This document shows positions 11,838 through 26,485 of a stretch of 64,000 nucleotides of DNA, piece after piece (positions within the stretch are counted from its first letter, which is position 1; every line of letters starts with the position of its first letter). Under the pieces are notes generated by a model, which was given only the letters and a program-made list of their open reading frames with translations, was not told the origin of the DNA and did no database searches. The position numbers and the translations under genes were made by a program. This DNA is from Octopus sinensis (taxonomy: Eukaryota), in contig NC_043003.1 in assembly GCF_006345805.1 (NCBI RefSeq), positions 105,524,001 to 105,588,000 of the forward strand, in the 5' to 3' direction.

Positions 11838-13409
11838 GTGAGTTTTCACAATGCTTTATTATTTCACTACAAGATCACCCTTCTTTCAACGTCTAGAATT
11901 TCACTCAATACATTGGTGAATTTATCTCATTAGATAGGTTTTGATTTCTAAATCCTTTATCTTCATTTCTATATACTTATATACTTTATCTTCATTTCTA
12001 TATACTTATTGAAAAGGTTGCAAGACGCAACGAAAATTTTAGGAAAATAAAAATAAGAAAAAAGTGGAAATTTTACCGGTGGGTGTGTTACATTATAAGG
12101 CACAAAAAGAAAACGACTCTCCCCAATCACAACAGAATATGCTTCAACACACGAACTCATACAAAGAATCTTGCAAACCAAAAACGAAATCATTAAAGAA
12201 CATATAAGAAAAAAAGTGGGGGGCGAGGAAGAAAAGCTTAAATAACCCGACTCCCCACGGCCGTGAGATGACAATTTGGTGTCTCTGAATATAGGCACAA
12301 AATTGTCATTTTGCAGAGGTTTTATTTAGTTTCTTTGCACCAAACCACACATTATTAATAAGCAAACGCGTTTATGGAAATGTGGACTAGTAATCCTAAT
12401 TTCAAAGTTTGTGGGAAGACCTATTGCTTTTTCTTAAAATCCAGTTGTTCGCATGTTTTTAACAACTGTACTGCAACCGCGTCATGATGCTTCAATATTT
12501 TTATCGACTCGCTCATTCGCATTGATCTCTCTCACTTTACAATCAACCGGTACTTCTGACTAAATTCTTCCCGGGCCAACGAAGGAGTTACCCAATCTGC
12601 TAGAAATATCAGCTAAATCTCCTTCAAATTACAACCTACTCTCTTACATAACACAGTTCTGTCCTGGGTTCTCTGCACGTTGGAAAGGACGAGATGGTCA
12701 CGGCTGGACTGAAATTCATTTTATCATAGATCTGTTCGATCATAATTGACCTGTAGCCTGTAACAGGTGAAATCTTACTATATACAAGTGACCAGCTACT
12801 GTTTGTCAACTACTCAACGAGGTAAATCGGCCTCTGATGTACACGGATTTGACTGAGCTGAGATGGCTCCCTTTATAATAAATGTAATACTCTGTTTTGT
12901 TGAATTTTGGATCGAGTACTTTTTCCAGCTAATTTGAAAGCAAAAACTTGTGTGTATATGAGTGTATAATTTATTTTGTGTGTGTGTGTGTGTGTGTGTG
13001 TTGGTCAACACAAAACGGGCATATACATTTTACTCAAACATGACTTATAGACGAGGAAAATAATCTTTTTAATCTTTCTAAGAGGAATAGCTAAATGATA
13101 GGTTTTCAACATGCAATCAGAAATATAGGCGCGGATTCTGTTCTGCAGTGTTCCACCCATGCAGAACATTTTCCCCTCTGCATTATTACAATCCAGGTGT
13201 ACCTGTCGACTTGAGTAGCCATAAACACATTCCCTCAAAAGAAGTATTACTTAAATATTGAGAATGCTGTGTTAAAAGCATGATACGAAAATTAATATTA
13301 TATATATATATAAGTTCAGTAAAAATTTAGATTCAGTTGAATATGGTACTTAAGTTAAAGGCACCAGAATTTGGTATGGTATTATCCATATAATTTAAAA
13401 TGGGATGAT

Positions 13410-13476
13410 TATAATCAAAATAAGCAACAGGGATATCCAGAGATAATGCAGAACCTCTGGATATCCTTGTTGCTTA

Positions 13477-13487
<11 letters not shown>
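13410..13487. repeat. Inverted repeat, 33-bp arms, 12-nt loop
   Basis: tataatcaaaataagcaacagggatatccagag / ctctggatatccttgttgcttattttaattata; 2 differences. Confidence 0.93.
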
Positions 13488-13518
<31 letters not shown>

Positions 13519-13829
13519 GTGTGTGTGTGTGCATACATACAGACATACATACACGACTCTACAGTAAAGGTTTATCTGCTTCACTACAACTGCATTTTGT
13601 GACATTTTCGGGAACCACGTCGTGCCTACAGTGTCTGAAACACTTCGCCGATTGTTAATCGTCAAATATGAAATAGAAATAATTTCAAATTCATGGCAAA
13701 GAAATAAAGAAAAATCTAAGAAATAATCAAACAACCTTGGGTTATCAAGAATATCGGTGCAGCTCTTTGCACTTCATACTGTTTAATTAATATTCAGCAT
13801 AAATTTATGAATTCACCGTTGAATGCACG

Positions 13830-13889
<60 letters not shown>

Positions 13890-13900
<11 letters not shown>

Positions 13901-14088
13901 CGTGTACATTCAAACACATTAAGGGGCTTCCATCATAGGAAAGCCTTGCGCTAGAAAGAGCAGTGAACAACTCAAACCACTAATTAGGGATAAATTAGTG
14001 GTTTGAGTTGTTCACTGCTCTTTCTAGCGCAAGGCTGTCCTATGATGGAAGCCTCTTGATGTGTTTTAATGTACACGATATTTTATAT
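13890..14088. repeat. Long near-perfect palindrome, 96-bp arms, 7-nt loop
   Basis: Arms at 13890-13985 and 13993-14088, loop AGGGATA, 4 differences by eye. Adjacent to a (TA)n tract. Confidence 0.95.
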
Positions 14089-17000
14089 GAATAATATATA
14101 GTCTATTGACTAATTTTTTTGCGCTAGGCCACTGGTAATAAACATTTCCATAATTCTTATTACTCTAATATTACTTATTATGTTTATATAATATATATAT
14201 ATATATACACGCACTTTTGTACAGTAGCAGGGCAACGTGCAGGGGGGATTTATGAATACGCTTAGGTAGTTTGATAAAATAATTTATTCGAGTTTGTAAT
14301 AGCTGCAGTGAACCTATTGTGTGAGACGAAGGCTTCGATCACAAATCTGTTGCTTTCAAAGAGATTTACTTTCTGGTTTGGCATTTAAATGTTTATAAGC
14401 ATTAAGGTTTATCGCATTGAAGCTCAGATTTGACATATCATACATCAGGAGAGGAATGGTTGGTTAAACGAACCCCACAAAGTAATTAGTAGCATTTCTT
14501 CTTCTTTTTTTTTTTGCTATCGAAGACCCCACCGTCTCTGTAAAAGTGATCGGGAGCAAAGTCACCTCCACAGGGTTTGAGCTCTGAATATTGTGAGAGA
14601 AATCTAGAATTTTGTTCGACGCTCTTCAGTTTCTGCCACGCCACTCAGATACACATTCTTTTAACGAATTAACGTATATAAATGACAAAAAAGTTATTTA
14701 TTTGAGCGCAGGAAGAACCTAGGAGTCCTCTTGCTATACTCGTATCATTCATCTATGATTTAATATCTTGAATTATTCGATATTACTGTAAACTAATTAT
14801 CTCTCCAAACTTATTCTAGAGCTATGCATAAAAATCAATTACTAGCTGATTACCTTAACTAAATGTGATGCTTGTAAACTGTGATTTCTGCTGTTGATGC
14901 GACATGGAAACGAAAAAGTGTAGTACTTGTCTTGGTTGTGTAGGCGAAATAATTGCATTTGATCAGATAGTGAAGTCGAAGCACGGACAGGGTATGTCTG
15001 GAGCCTATACTTTTAAATTGTCAAACATTCGATCGATCTAAATAGCTTCTCTTTTGCTATCGACAATCTTATGTCACAATAATGGACATTTATCGATTTT
15101 AGAAATAGTGGATATATAATTTAATTATTGTACATTTTATAAAGAATTTCATATTTTAGTAGTTTAGTAGCTGAAGATGAAATAAGCGATCGTAAAATGA
15201 TTGCTTTAATGAAAATTTCTCAAACTGCCTCCGACGGGATTTGAACCCGAATCTAAAGGAACGAAACTAATTCACAGTAAGGCATTTCACAATCTGGCGC
15301 TCAACTTTTTCCATCAGAGTACCACGTTTTATAATAATCACCTTTGCCTGAGTACGAATATATATTGTATTAATATAGCCAATATGATTGATGATCTCCT
15401 TCAGACGGATCAAGATTGCTGTCAATCCTGGCAGAATCAGAACTCTGAACAATGAGACAACCAACGAAAGAGCAAGAATCACCAAGTTCTTTAATATTTT
15501 GGTGCTCTTTTTAACTCTGAATGATCTGTAATAGTGACTTCTATATCATTCACAGGGTCGTTAAATTTATTTATGAAATTCCATTATATAACGTTCACGC
15601 TTTTTCAAGGTCATTAGCGGATGTAAATGAAGTGAAAACCTTTAACAAAAATGAATTAATAGAGCGGACTCGGCTCGCCTTTAACTTCTTTTATTAAATG
15701 GCTTTTGATATACGAACCTTAGATAGCGCCTAGAAACCCTAAAGAATTAATTTCCAAGGACTTTCAAACTTCATTATATAACGAAACCTAAATTTTAAAT
15801 ATATTTGAAGAACTTAAATCACTAAAGCCTTTAACCACTTAAAAAAGAAATATTAAAACCCGTTGATAACAGAATAACTAAATTAGCAAGGGAAAATATT
15901 GTGACTTAGTCAATGCTTAGGTATTTCATTGCATATCACTGGGGTTTTTTTCTCTTTTACAAAATCACGTCAAGCTGATGCGAAATCCTTTCTCTGCGGA
16001 AAACAGTTTGGAAAACTCCCGATAGTTAATCGATTCGATCTTAGCTGAACTTGAACTGAGAAACGTGATATAATGAAATAAAATAGCACAAATAATCTGA
16101 GATATTTCTTAAAGACTGTAGAATAATTTTGCTGTATGTAAAATTTACTATATATATATTTTATCATGAGGAAAGGTGTTATTTAACTAATGCCCTTCAA
16201 GTATTATTTCTTAAAGAAATAGTTTTCATTTGGTTTGGTTATTCATATTTCTTGACTTGGAAGTCGAAAATTCTGGGTCGTAGATATATGGAATTGATTT
16301 CGTATTTCTAAGTGTACTTATCGATCTGCATCCCCATTTCTATTTAGTGCTACGTATTCGGCGAAGTATTTCTTAATATTTTTTAGCTTCATTTATTTTT
16401 TTAATGTTTATCTTCTCGTCAACAACGAGACAGCTTTCTGCTATCCCTCATCTGAGATTTTACACACATTCACCTTTCTAATCATCAGTTTTCAAACATG
16501 ATTTATTCAATCGCATATATTACATTTATGATTATGAATTCTAACATTAGTTTACCTTACCTTTCTAATCGTTGGGGTAAAAGAAACGATAAGCACTGGA
16601 ACAGATAGTGATGGTGTTGGTGTGAATGAAATGGTTTAGTCATTTCATAGTTCAAGAACATTAGCGTAATCTCTTAGGAAAAATATTTGTTTCCAGTTTA
16701 GGTATAGGGCCAGTACTTTTGAGGGTAGAGGGCTTGTCGATTATATCAACACTAGTTCTTGACTGGTGCCTTATTTTATCGACAAGATTTGAACTCGAAA
16801 CGTAAAGAACCGGAAAATTACCGCAAAGCATTTCTTAGGACGTTGTAACGATTCTTCCAAAATCTTCATGCAGAAGGTACCCTGTTTGACATAAGTTAAA
16901 TCTGACCATATAGTCCTATAAAGGAGACAAAATCGTTTGAAGAATATTTGCTACCATATCACCAATAACGGCGATATGGTCCTCAAAGTAGGCGTTAAGA

Positions 17001-20000
17001 CTGGTCTTAAGACCTCCCAATCGGGATTACTTTCAGAGGCGTGATAAGATGTGAAGGGACGTTATGACCGATGCCTCTTTGAATTTACTTTCTCTGTCTT
17101 AGACACAGTGTTACTGACGATAAAGAGTCGAGCCTTGATTGACAGGTGGTGGACCGAAAATGTTTTAGGGAATATCAAATTTAGGACTTATCTGTTAAAA
17201 TTGTTTGAAGTTTATAGAATTTAGTGCTAGAGATAGGATACTTTATGGAACAAGTTGAGTGACAATGTAGAAGCTTCCCCGTTGGCTCTAATAAATTATT
17301 TCCTTTCCTTATGCTTTTGCTGGAAGAAATAACGAAAGATTGCAAGCAATTCTTTTTCTGAAATGGTTAAATATTACCTGATACAAAGATCTGATATATA
17401 AAACCTATCAATAGAGAAGCAATGTCTGTGACCTTTTCAAACTCACTCAGATCAACGAAGTCTTAGCAATCATCATAAAAGCCTACTTGTACGAGTAGAG
17501 TAGCAATACAGTGTAAGAAGTAGCTTGAAGCTTGTAAAATTCTTTTCTTCCATGGTAACTTGCACTTCTTCATGAAGAAAACACCCTTGATAAAATTGCC
17601 TATGTTATTTTAAATTACTTAATTAGTCAATCAGTTTCACACCAAATCAATTGACTCATCAAGTTGTTCTGTAGTTAGGTAGCTGCTTTGTGTTGAACAC
17701 GCATTGCTGAGAAGGCCTGATAAGACTAAAACCTACAAGGAGTTGTCACCATAGCTACCAAAGATCAAATTCATTTCCTCTTGTATATTTCACTATCTTT
17801 ATGTTGATTCAAATTCTGGAAGTTCTTTCTCCTTTTGGGAGAAATTTTCATTAACATTAATAGTCTTCTAACTATCTTAGTTAATTCAAAATTATTTTCA
17901 GCTCCCCATATTAAGCATGCTAGCTTGCACTTAAACTATAAGTGTCTGTATTCTTTTGATCAACTGGACATGTTAGTACCCTTCACTGCCCTCTCATACT
18001 TGATGTTTCTGGCTGTCTCATGAAAATGAAAGACGGACAGCTGCTGTTGGATGAAGCGAATAAATCTATAGTCATTTCACTGTTAAAGTTTCCACAATGT
18101 AATGCAATGGAATTTACACTTATTCATCCTGTCCTTGTTAATATATCATTACTAATTTCTCAGCTGGAGCTGTAAATGTTTACGTCATTAATGCCCTTGG
18201 AAGAGAATGAACGTCAGATAGTCTCCTATCCTACTATATCCTACCATAGCCTACCCACTGCGAACACAAGTCTTCATACCTACGAAAGAAATCGATATCT
18301 CCTTGCTGAATGATATTGCTACTTTCAGTTTCAGTTTAGTAAACCGGACGGTATTACTCATGGAAAGTAATTTCCGACCCCCGACTGCTACATCAGAACG
18401 GCTCAACGCACACATTTCAACAAGCCAAGAGATCAACGTTGTTTTAGTTTACTTAGACACACGAAGCTTAATAAAATTAATATAGTGATTTCTGCAATAC
18501 AGAACGAGTGACCAGAGGATGTAGCAGAGTTCGCTTGAATAGAATCTCGTGTTTGGTAGCTTTGCCTCTCGCTGTTGTTATAGAAAGCCATATGTAGAGC
18601 AACGGGCACGTTTCGTTGACGAATATCAAAATTAAAGAATTTTACAAAATATTTTTTTACTATTTTCACAAGACACCCTATACATGTAAAATAAAAAGTA
18701 CCCTCCACACACACATGTATACACACGCATATGCACATATGCTCACGTACTCGTACACATATATGTGCATACACGTTTTTCATTCTGATTTCAAATCCTT
18801 TAAATCTTAAAAAAATATATATCTAGATAAACTCACTTTAGAGAGTAACTTTCACAAACTCGCTTATCCACCAGCAGTAAAATGTATCAACATCATTGTA
18901 TATATATATATACTAAACATGTTATATAAACCAAAGCGACAACATCGATAGCCAGTGTGGCAGCCACTTCCATTTCTTATACCAGCAGGGTCAGAGCCGT
19001 AACCAACGGTTCTTAAACCGAACTACTTTATTAATGAGAAGATAAAATAGTTCGCATCTATACCTTTCTTATTTTTGGTGGAGAAATTTAAGAATTTTAA
19101 ATCTTAATTTTTAAGCATGGCTATTTTTCCGCGTATTTTTCTGTGATCGGTCACGAGGAAAAAAAAAAGAGTCGCTGAAATAAAGTCACAATTAATTTAT
19201 GAGATCCGGACAAAACCCCCTCGTACAAACCCCACACAGACAAAATCCTTGTGACCTTTTTTTCCTGTGACTTTTGCTTATCGCCGAATTGTCGAGCTTT
19301 TAGGTGCGTTGTCTCATTTACCAGGATGCTTACTTCATATGTTCGAATGATCTCCTTAAATTTTACATGGATTTCCCGATTTCTTCTTTATGACAGCGTA
19401 AAGATTGTTTGTGAAGCACAAGATCAAAGTTAGGATAGTGCAAGCTCAAAGTTGCAATGATGCTCAAGTCATACAGTCTGATCCAATACCAAAATGTACC
19501 AAGACGACGATGTTAGAAGGAGGGAGTTTCTCTGGCCCGAAGCTGCTGATTTGAAATGGTTTCTCTCTACGATCGTAGACTATGCATATATCTCACTAAT
19601 GAAAGACGGCTTGGGCAAAATACTTAGAGCCTAACGATATTATTTACTAGGTGTTAAAAATAGTGGAGTGCCAGAAATGATAGATTAAATGTTTTAATGT
19701 ATTTAGTTTCCTTTGTCAATATTGCGTGACTGCGTGACCGACCAGGTTATCAGATGTTGCACATCGCTGGTCACATGACACTTCAAATGACGCCACCCCG
19801 ACGGCTAGAGGTGAGCAGGCCAACATTCCTTTGTCAATATATGGTGAATTGTAGAAAATAATATAAGGTGAATTGTTAAATCAAAGATCGATATCTGCAT
19901 TTTAGTTGGTGTCAAATTTAAGTAGATAAGTATAGCTCTGGATTTAATAATTTTTTTTTTTTATATTTTATATTCAAGGCAGACAAAGCAGAGTTTTGGA

Positions 20001-20602
20001 GAGCTGTCCCATACTTCATGGGGAAAGTAATGGAGTTTTTCCGTTGTTTTAATATTCATATGTTCCATACAACGGAAATTACAATTCAGAATTTTTTAAA
20101 AATTTAATTTTTTACATTTGGACTCCGCCCTTTCTTTCGCATCTTTTCCTTTCCCATGAGGCATGGGACTTTAAAACAGTTATTTCAAAACTCCGCCAAT
20201 AGTTTTTTTTTTTCAAAAGACTACTTCTGCGTTGTTCTCACTTATATCTGGTTAAGTTCGATGACCAAATGAGGCGGAGAAATTCGAACTATTTCGTCGT
20301 GCCTCTACATTGCAACCATCTGCTAAAACAAATTTAGTGTTAACAGCCGACCGCTTTCCCCCGCAAGTCACCGAGTCACACCACAGTATTCAACACCTTA
20401 TACCAACTCTACAATGCGTCTCCACTTTCTCCAAATCTTTCTACAACTTTTCCCAGCTATAACTATCTTTTTACACCAGTTGAAAATGACAATAAATTAT
20501 AATTAATTTTCAAAGAAAAAAAGTCTCTAGTTATGTATATCATCGAGAAAGTCTGTTATGGGCGAAATTTGAGATGTTTTTCCCGCTAAGTCGTGACAAA
20601 CA

Positions 20603-20804
20603 TACTGTGCCGTATGAATATGTCCCTCGTTTAAGAAACAGATTGGGTTTATTTACATTTCTGAAGAAAAAAAGATACCCTTCCCCCCACCCCTAACCCT
20701 AAAACAGATTGAAATGCAATAGATCGATACTAGGGTCATAATTATGGGTGACAATTTCATATGACACCGCTAGAAAAAACTGCCGGTCAAACCGAAAAGA
20801 TCCC
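20603..20804 (-). mobile_element. Partial copy of the Merlin-like MITE (one TIR)
   Basis: Reverse complement of ~43925-44122, ending aaaaactgccggtcaaaccgaaaagatcc. Confidence 0.85.
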
Positions 20805-21550
20805 AGATCATAACACAACATCGTCCTCTTGTCTCTTTCGCTGCACTCCATTCACTCTTGTCCTCCAGCCTTCCCTATTCCGGAAATAATCTCTTCTGAT
20901 ATTTATAGTGGATTAGTCAGTTTTAAATTATTCAGAATTATTTGTGTGATGTCCATTAGCTTAGCTGGGGACGATAAGAGCGGTCCGCTGTGGACAACGC
21001 ATTTATGGGGACGGCACTTTTGGGTTTGTTGTATAAGCCTATATAGGGGACAGGGGGCGGTAAACTCAAAGACTACTCCGAGCGGCACCCACTCTGGCTA
21101 CGTCACTAGTGATGTCCCCAGATTTTAGCAACCGAGGCGATCGCCTTGTTTGTCCTGTGCATAACACGGACATTGGCAAACCTATCACTACCCCAATTTA
21201 ATGATTCTCTTATCACTAATTTAGCAAGTACGAAGAAGTGTGCGCTTCGCTATGGAGGTTCAATGAAGTAGAAATACGTCCAGAGTTGTCGCCCGTACTT
21301 AACAGACTCTGGTTAAAATAATGTAAGTCACTGAGCTAACGTTTACTCCTCATCACAAAAGTATTATAATCGTTATCACGCCGGGCAAAATTCTTGGCAT
21401 TTTCGCCTGTCTGGGTTCAAATTTCGCCGAGGTTTTGCCTTTCATTCCTTCAGGGTCGATAAAATAAGTACCTGTTGAGCACTGTGAGCGATGTAATCGA
21501 CTGACCTCGTCCCCGCCAAATTTCAAGCCTTGTGTCTTTAGTAGAGTGGA

Positions 21551-21850
21551 GGCGCAATGGCCCAGTGGTTAGGGCAGCAGACTCGCGGTCATAGGATCGC
21601 GGTTTCGATTCCCAGACCAGGCGTTGTAAGTGTTTATTGAGCGAAAACACCTAAAGCTCCACGATGCTCCAGCAGGGGTTGGTGGCGATCCCTGCTGTAC
21701 TCTTTCGCCGCAACTTTCTCTCACTCTTTCTTCTGTTGGCCTGCTTGCTTAGCCAAAGGGGTGACGTCATTTGAAGGCTAAAACAATGCGAAGTGCATTG
21801 TGACCAGCGATGTGTAGCAACATCTGATAGCCTGATCGACCATGTGGTGG
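21551..21850 (+). mobile_element. tRNA-derived SINE family C, inserted in a family B SINE tail
   Basis: A box TGGCCCAGTGG, B box GTTTCGATTCC, flanked by tttagtaga on both sides. A partial tail is at 19730-19830 (-) and a related variant at 23310-23596 (-). Confidence 0.85.
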
Positions 21851-22317
21851 TGGTTTTTAGTAGAAAGGATTACACACACCTCAAAGGAGCGAGCTGGCAG
21901 AATCGTTAAGCACGTTGGACAAAAAAATACTTTACGGCATTAATTCCGGCTCTTGACGTTCTGAGTTCAAATCCGATCGAGGTCAGTTTTGCTTTTTTAT
22001 CAATAAAATATGGTATTAGTGAAGTATTAGGATCGCTGTAATCGATTTTCCCCTTCCCCTTAGAAACTGCTGGCCTCAAATCCTACAACCGATCAGCGTC
22101 CCTTTTAAGGGGAATGGTGTGATCTCATTCATTTAAATACCATGGACACCAGCCTTACGAGTCCTAAGAATCGAGAAAAATGATCCACTAAGCAAAGGCA
22201 TCACCTCAGTAGAATAAGGACAAAGATATAAACTCGGCAATCTCACCGCCACCAAATACTATTCCAAATGGTGAAAATGGAGGCCGTTCATATGTAAATA
22301 AGTTGAAATGGAATGTT

Positions 22318-22652
22318 ACTCTTTTACTTGTTTCAGTCCCTTGGATTTATCCTTTGTAAACCTAGTACTTATTCTATCGGTGTCTTTTGCCAAACCGCTA
22401 AGTTACGGGGACGTAAACACACCAGCATCGGTTGTCAAACGATGTTGGGGGGACAGACACAAACATACACACACACACATATATATATATATACGATGGG
22501 CTTCTTTCAGTTTCCGTCTACCAAATCCACTCACAAGGTTTTGGTCGGCCCGAAGCTATAGTAGAAGACACTTGCCTAAGGTGCCACGGCAGTGGGACAG
22601 AACCCTGAACCATATGGTTCGTAAGCAAGCTACTTACCACACAGCCACTCCT
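22318..22652 (-). mobile_element. tRNA-derived SINE family A
   Basis: Head ggagtggctgtgtggtaag...ggttcWgtcccact, internal (TA/TG)n, tail gactgaaacaagtaaaag. Other copies near 28720-28910, 29575-29730, 33518-33890, 36925-37052, 39930-40020, 40467-40770, 44583-44730, 45515-45905, 50158-50430, 51078-51470, 53845-54445, 58075-58455, 59228-59800. Confidence 0.88.
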
Positions 22653-23769
22653 TATGTAAAATTTAAACAGAAAATTGAATGAAAATGTAACGTGTTTCAG
22701 TAGTTTGTCACTAGACTGTGCTGAAGTTATGGCACCGCATTCATCTGAATATATCAACTGCCCGTACATGGAGACTGGTACTTATTTTAACGATCTTTGA
22801 AGTTGCATTCTTGTAGGATTTGAACTCCGATGTAAAGGACAAGGTGTTTTGCTCTATGGTCTATCAATTGCATTTACCACATTCACTCTCACAATATGCT
22901 GTGATTATCAAAATTTGATTCGTTAACGTTATTCTTTCGTTGGAAGGCGGTGAGGTGGCAGAATCATTAACACTTCAGACAAAAATGTTTAAGCTACATT
23001 TCTTCCAACTCATTACGTCCTGAGTTCAAATCCTGTCGAGAGTGATTTTACTTTTCATCTTTTCAACCATTTCTTGTGCCTATAGAAGAGAAAATTATGA
23101 AAAGGCGGCATTTTTTCTGACTCTTCACGTTCAGGGTTCCAATTCAGCCGAGGTCGAGTTTGTCTTTTATCCTTTCGGGGTCGATAAAATAAATACAAGC
23201 TGAGCATTGGGTCAAGGTAATCGACTAACCGTTTCCTCCTGAAATTGTTGGCCTTGTACTAAAATGTGAAACCTTTATTCTTTGGTTGAACAAACGAGTC
23301 AATTCCAAACGTTTAAACCATGCCTGGCTCATAAGGGCCTGTTTCCGGTTTCCTTGGCGTATAGGTTCCCCACCTGGACGGGACGCCGGTCCGTCGCAGG
23401 TAAGCTGCAAGATGCAGGAGGAAAGAGTGAGAGAAAGTTGTGGCGAAAGAGTCAGAAGTTCGCCATTACCTTCTGCCGGAGCCGCGTGGTGTTTGAGTGT
23501 TTCGCTCATAAACACACATATCGCCCGGTCTGAGATTTGAACCCGCGATCCCTCGACCGCGAGTCCGCTGCTCTAATCACTAGGCCACGTGCTTCCACAC
23601 ACACATACATTCATACATACAAACAAACAAACAAACAAATATGGTGGTTGTCTACTCCTTGTGCAGAGTCTGACCACTTCTTTACCTACACTTTAGATCC
23701 ATCATGGCGTCTGATGTGGCTTTTTAAAACTAGACAATGTATTGAAAAGACACCCACATAGATTGCATA

Positions 23770-24830
23770 TCCGATTTGGACCAACAAGAGCTGCAGTTAA
23801 GTTCTGATCTTTGTGTTTTGAAATTTCTTTTGACGCCTCCGTTAAAATTGCAGATCTTATGGCATACTCGACATTGAAAGGTGTGCACAGGCATATAGGC
23901 AGAATAGTTAGTGGAGGTTCGTTTTTCACGGGTTCTCAGAGATTTGAGCCCAGCAAAAGAAAGGCATGGTCTATCACAAAAAGGTCACTGAAATCCACCT
24001 TCTCGATCGCAACATTCTTCTTTAAATCTGGCTTCAGTCTTGCATGTGTTATCCTGGCCTCCTCAGACGCTTTCACTCCACTCCACACTTTAGTTCGCCA
24101 TCCAGCTCGATCCGAAGTAAGGGTTTCTATGGACTTTGGATCCATTCAAAGTGACTCTGTGGTAGTCCTTATGCCGTCCTTAAACCTCTATTTAGGTTTG
24201 CACCGATTGCGTTTCCGTTCTGCAAGCTCGCCACAAAACAGCTGTTTGGGTGTGTGTTCATCCGCCATTCGAACAATATGGCCAGACGATCTCATTTGAT
24301 TTTTCAGAATCATGCCTGCAGACGCAAAGACATCTGTGTCTGGAATAAAAAAGCTCCATTTAATGTTTAATTTGCGGCGAAGATATTTTTGGTGGAATCG
24401 TTCTAACAATTTGAAATGTCTTTCATAACACGTCCATGCAACAGGAGTGGTAAGACAAACGATTTGTAAAGAACCAATTTGGGGTTGTTATTTATATGTC
24501 GTTGGCGCCAAACGCGTGACCCCAAACCACCAAATGCTTGTGCTGCCCTTTGAATTCGCAGATGTATTTCCGTAATTTTGTATAGAGCTTCCAAGGTAAA
24601 TGAGTCGACAACCTCAAGTAACTTAGCCTTGATGAAAATTTTAGTGGGGTTGCAAACTGCACTGCGTGAAAGTTGAAACAGTATAACTGTTTTTTTCAAG
24701 TTGATGGTCAACCCCAAATCATCACAAGCTGAGTCAAATGCAGATACAAGAGATTGCAGACTTGTTTCAGAATGACTGACAAGATCGCAATCGCCAGCGT
24801 CTAAAAGTTCCTTAATGAGTGAAGGAGACT
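23770..24830 (-). mobile_element. 5'-truncated, decayed RTE-clade LINE
   Basis: KELLDAGDCDL (decayed YADD), LGLTINLKKT, LERFHQKYLR..LNIKW, GHIVRM..TPKQLFCGEL, DRAGWR and a C-terminal CDRPCLS.GL; several frameshifts. The 3' boundary is approximate. Confidence 0.9.
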
Positions 24831-26251
24831 TGGATCTAGGTTAGAAACCGGCTCTTTCTCTAGTGGCAATAAATCTTGAAATAAAACTGAATAATGACAT
24901 ACATATGTGTATGTTTTGTGTGTCTTTTGACAACCGGTGATGGTTTGTTTACGTCAAGTAGTCAAATCCACATCTTTATTTCTAGTAATGAACCACCGTT
25001 ATTGACTAGGTTGAACCCCACCCACCCCATATATACTTATGAATGTTTCATCACTGACAAAAATCCCTTGATTTTACGAACTGATGCTGGAGCTTTCACT
25101 TAGTCGTTCGAACTGCTAGAAATAGCAGCCAAAACGCCTTCAAATCATATCTTAAAATGGGACACATTGGAAAATACAGGTTGCTCACAGTCGGAACATC
25201 TTTGCTCAAGGATATGCTCGATCAGGGCTGACATAGAACTAAAACCCACGGCCAGCAAACGTACGACTAATATCGAAATAAATTAAAATTGAGTTGCTCT
25301 TGAGATTGAAGAGTTTCCTATGAACAAATAACTTATATTTGACCTTGTTAATCTCCTTCAAAGTGTTTAAAATCACATTTTTGAAAACGCAAGGTTTGAA
25401 TATGAAACTCTCTTTCTCTCTCTCTCTCTTTCTCCCCCCCCCTTCTCTCTCTGTATTTAAAGATTATAAGCTCAGATCAGCCCAGTTTTATAAGAGAAGT
25501 AGACGACAAGGCTTATGAAGTGATGAGGTGAAGATGTAGATTATTCCAATTAGGAATATGATTAAGTTGAGAATAAATCAATAGTTTTATTTGTACTTAT
25601 GTGCAAGTGTATTTATAAACCGGTATATACACAGCCATATCAGTGGCAAAGGAGAAAATTTAGAAACTAGTACACGTGCGCGCACGCGAAGAGAGTCATA
25701 TTTGTGTCAAAGGAGAAACCGCTGCTTACATAAAAGTTAACGGATAAGAACAGCTTTTCAGATTTCTAAACTCGCGACCATCATTCATGACTAGTGCCAT
25801 CAATTTAAAAATTGTACATTCCTATGTACAGTAATGTTAATAATAAAATTTTGATTACATGTTTGCAAATTACTTGGCATTTAGTTGAGGGCGGTTAAGA
25901 TCTGTATGTGAGGGAAACACGTTGTAAGCCACGGAAAGAAGCAAGTTCGGTTGAAAATTCACAAACTGTCAATTATTTTTTCCCTTTTTTTCCTGTTAAT
26001 TAGGAAACCATCATTGCTCCAGTTGCTCTTTATCTCCGTATAAAGCTGTTATTTACTCGTCATGGAAAACGAAGTCATAGTAAAAAAAAAAAAGTCAGAA
26101 AAGAGAGTCGAACGAAAAAATGTCCCATTTTCTTAAGCAACATAAAACAAATAAGATTTTAAATTGTTTATTAACCGTCAGTAAATAATTTGTATACAAG
26201 AACAGCTCAGTTAATGACATTACACGCATGTAGGGGGAAAATTCAATACCT

Positions 26252-26485
26252 ATTTCTATTTCTTTATTGCCCACAAGGGGCTAAACACAGAGGGGACAGA
26301 CAAGGACAGACATGGGTATTAAGTCGATTACATCGACTCCAGTGCGTAACTGGTACTTAATTTATCGACCCTGAAAGGATGAAAGGCAAAGTCGACCTCG
26401 ACGGAATTTGAACTCACAACATAACGGCAGATGAAATACCGCTAGGCATTTTGACCGGCGTGTTAACGTTTCTGCCAGGTCACCG
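26252..26485 (-). mobile_element. SINE family B with 23-bp TSD
   Basis: tgtagggggaaaattcaatacct at 26229-26251 and 26486-26508. Confidence 0.9.

Noticed and set aside
18250-18440. Possible LINE endonuclease relic on the minus strand (AVGG..LLS)
   Set aside because: Similarity too short and weak to support without a search.
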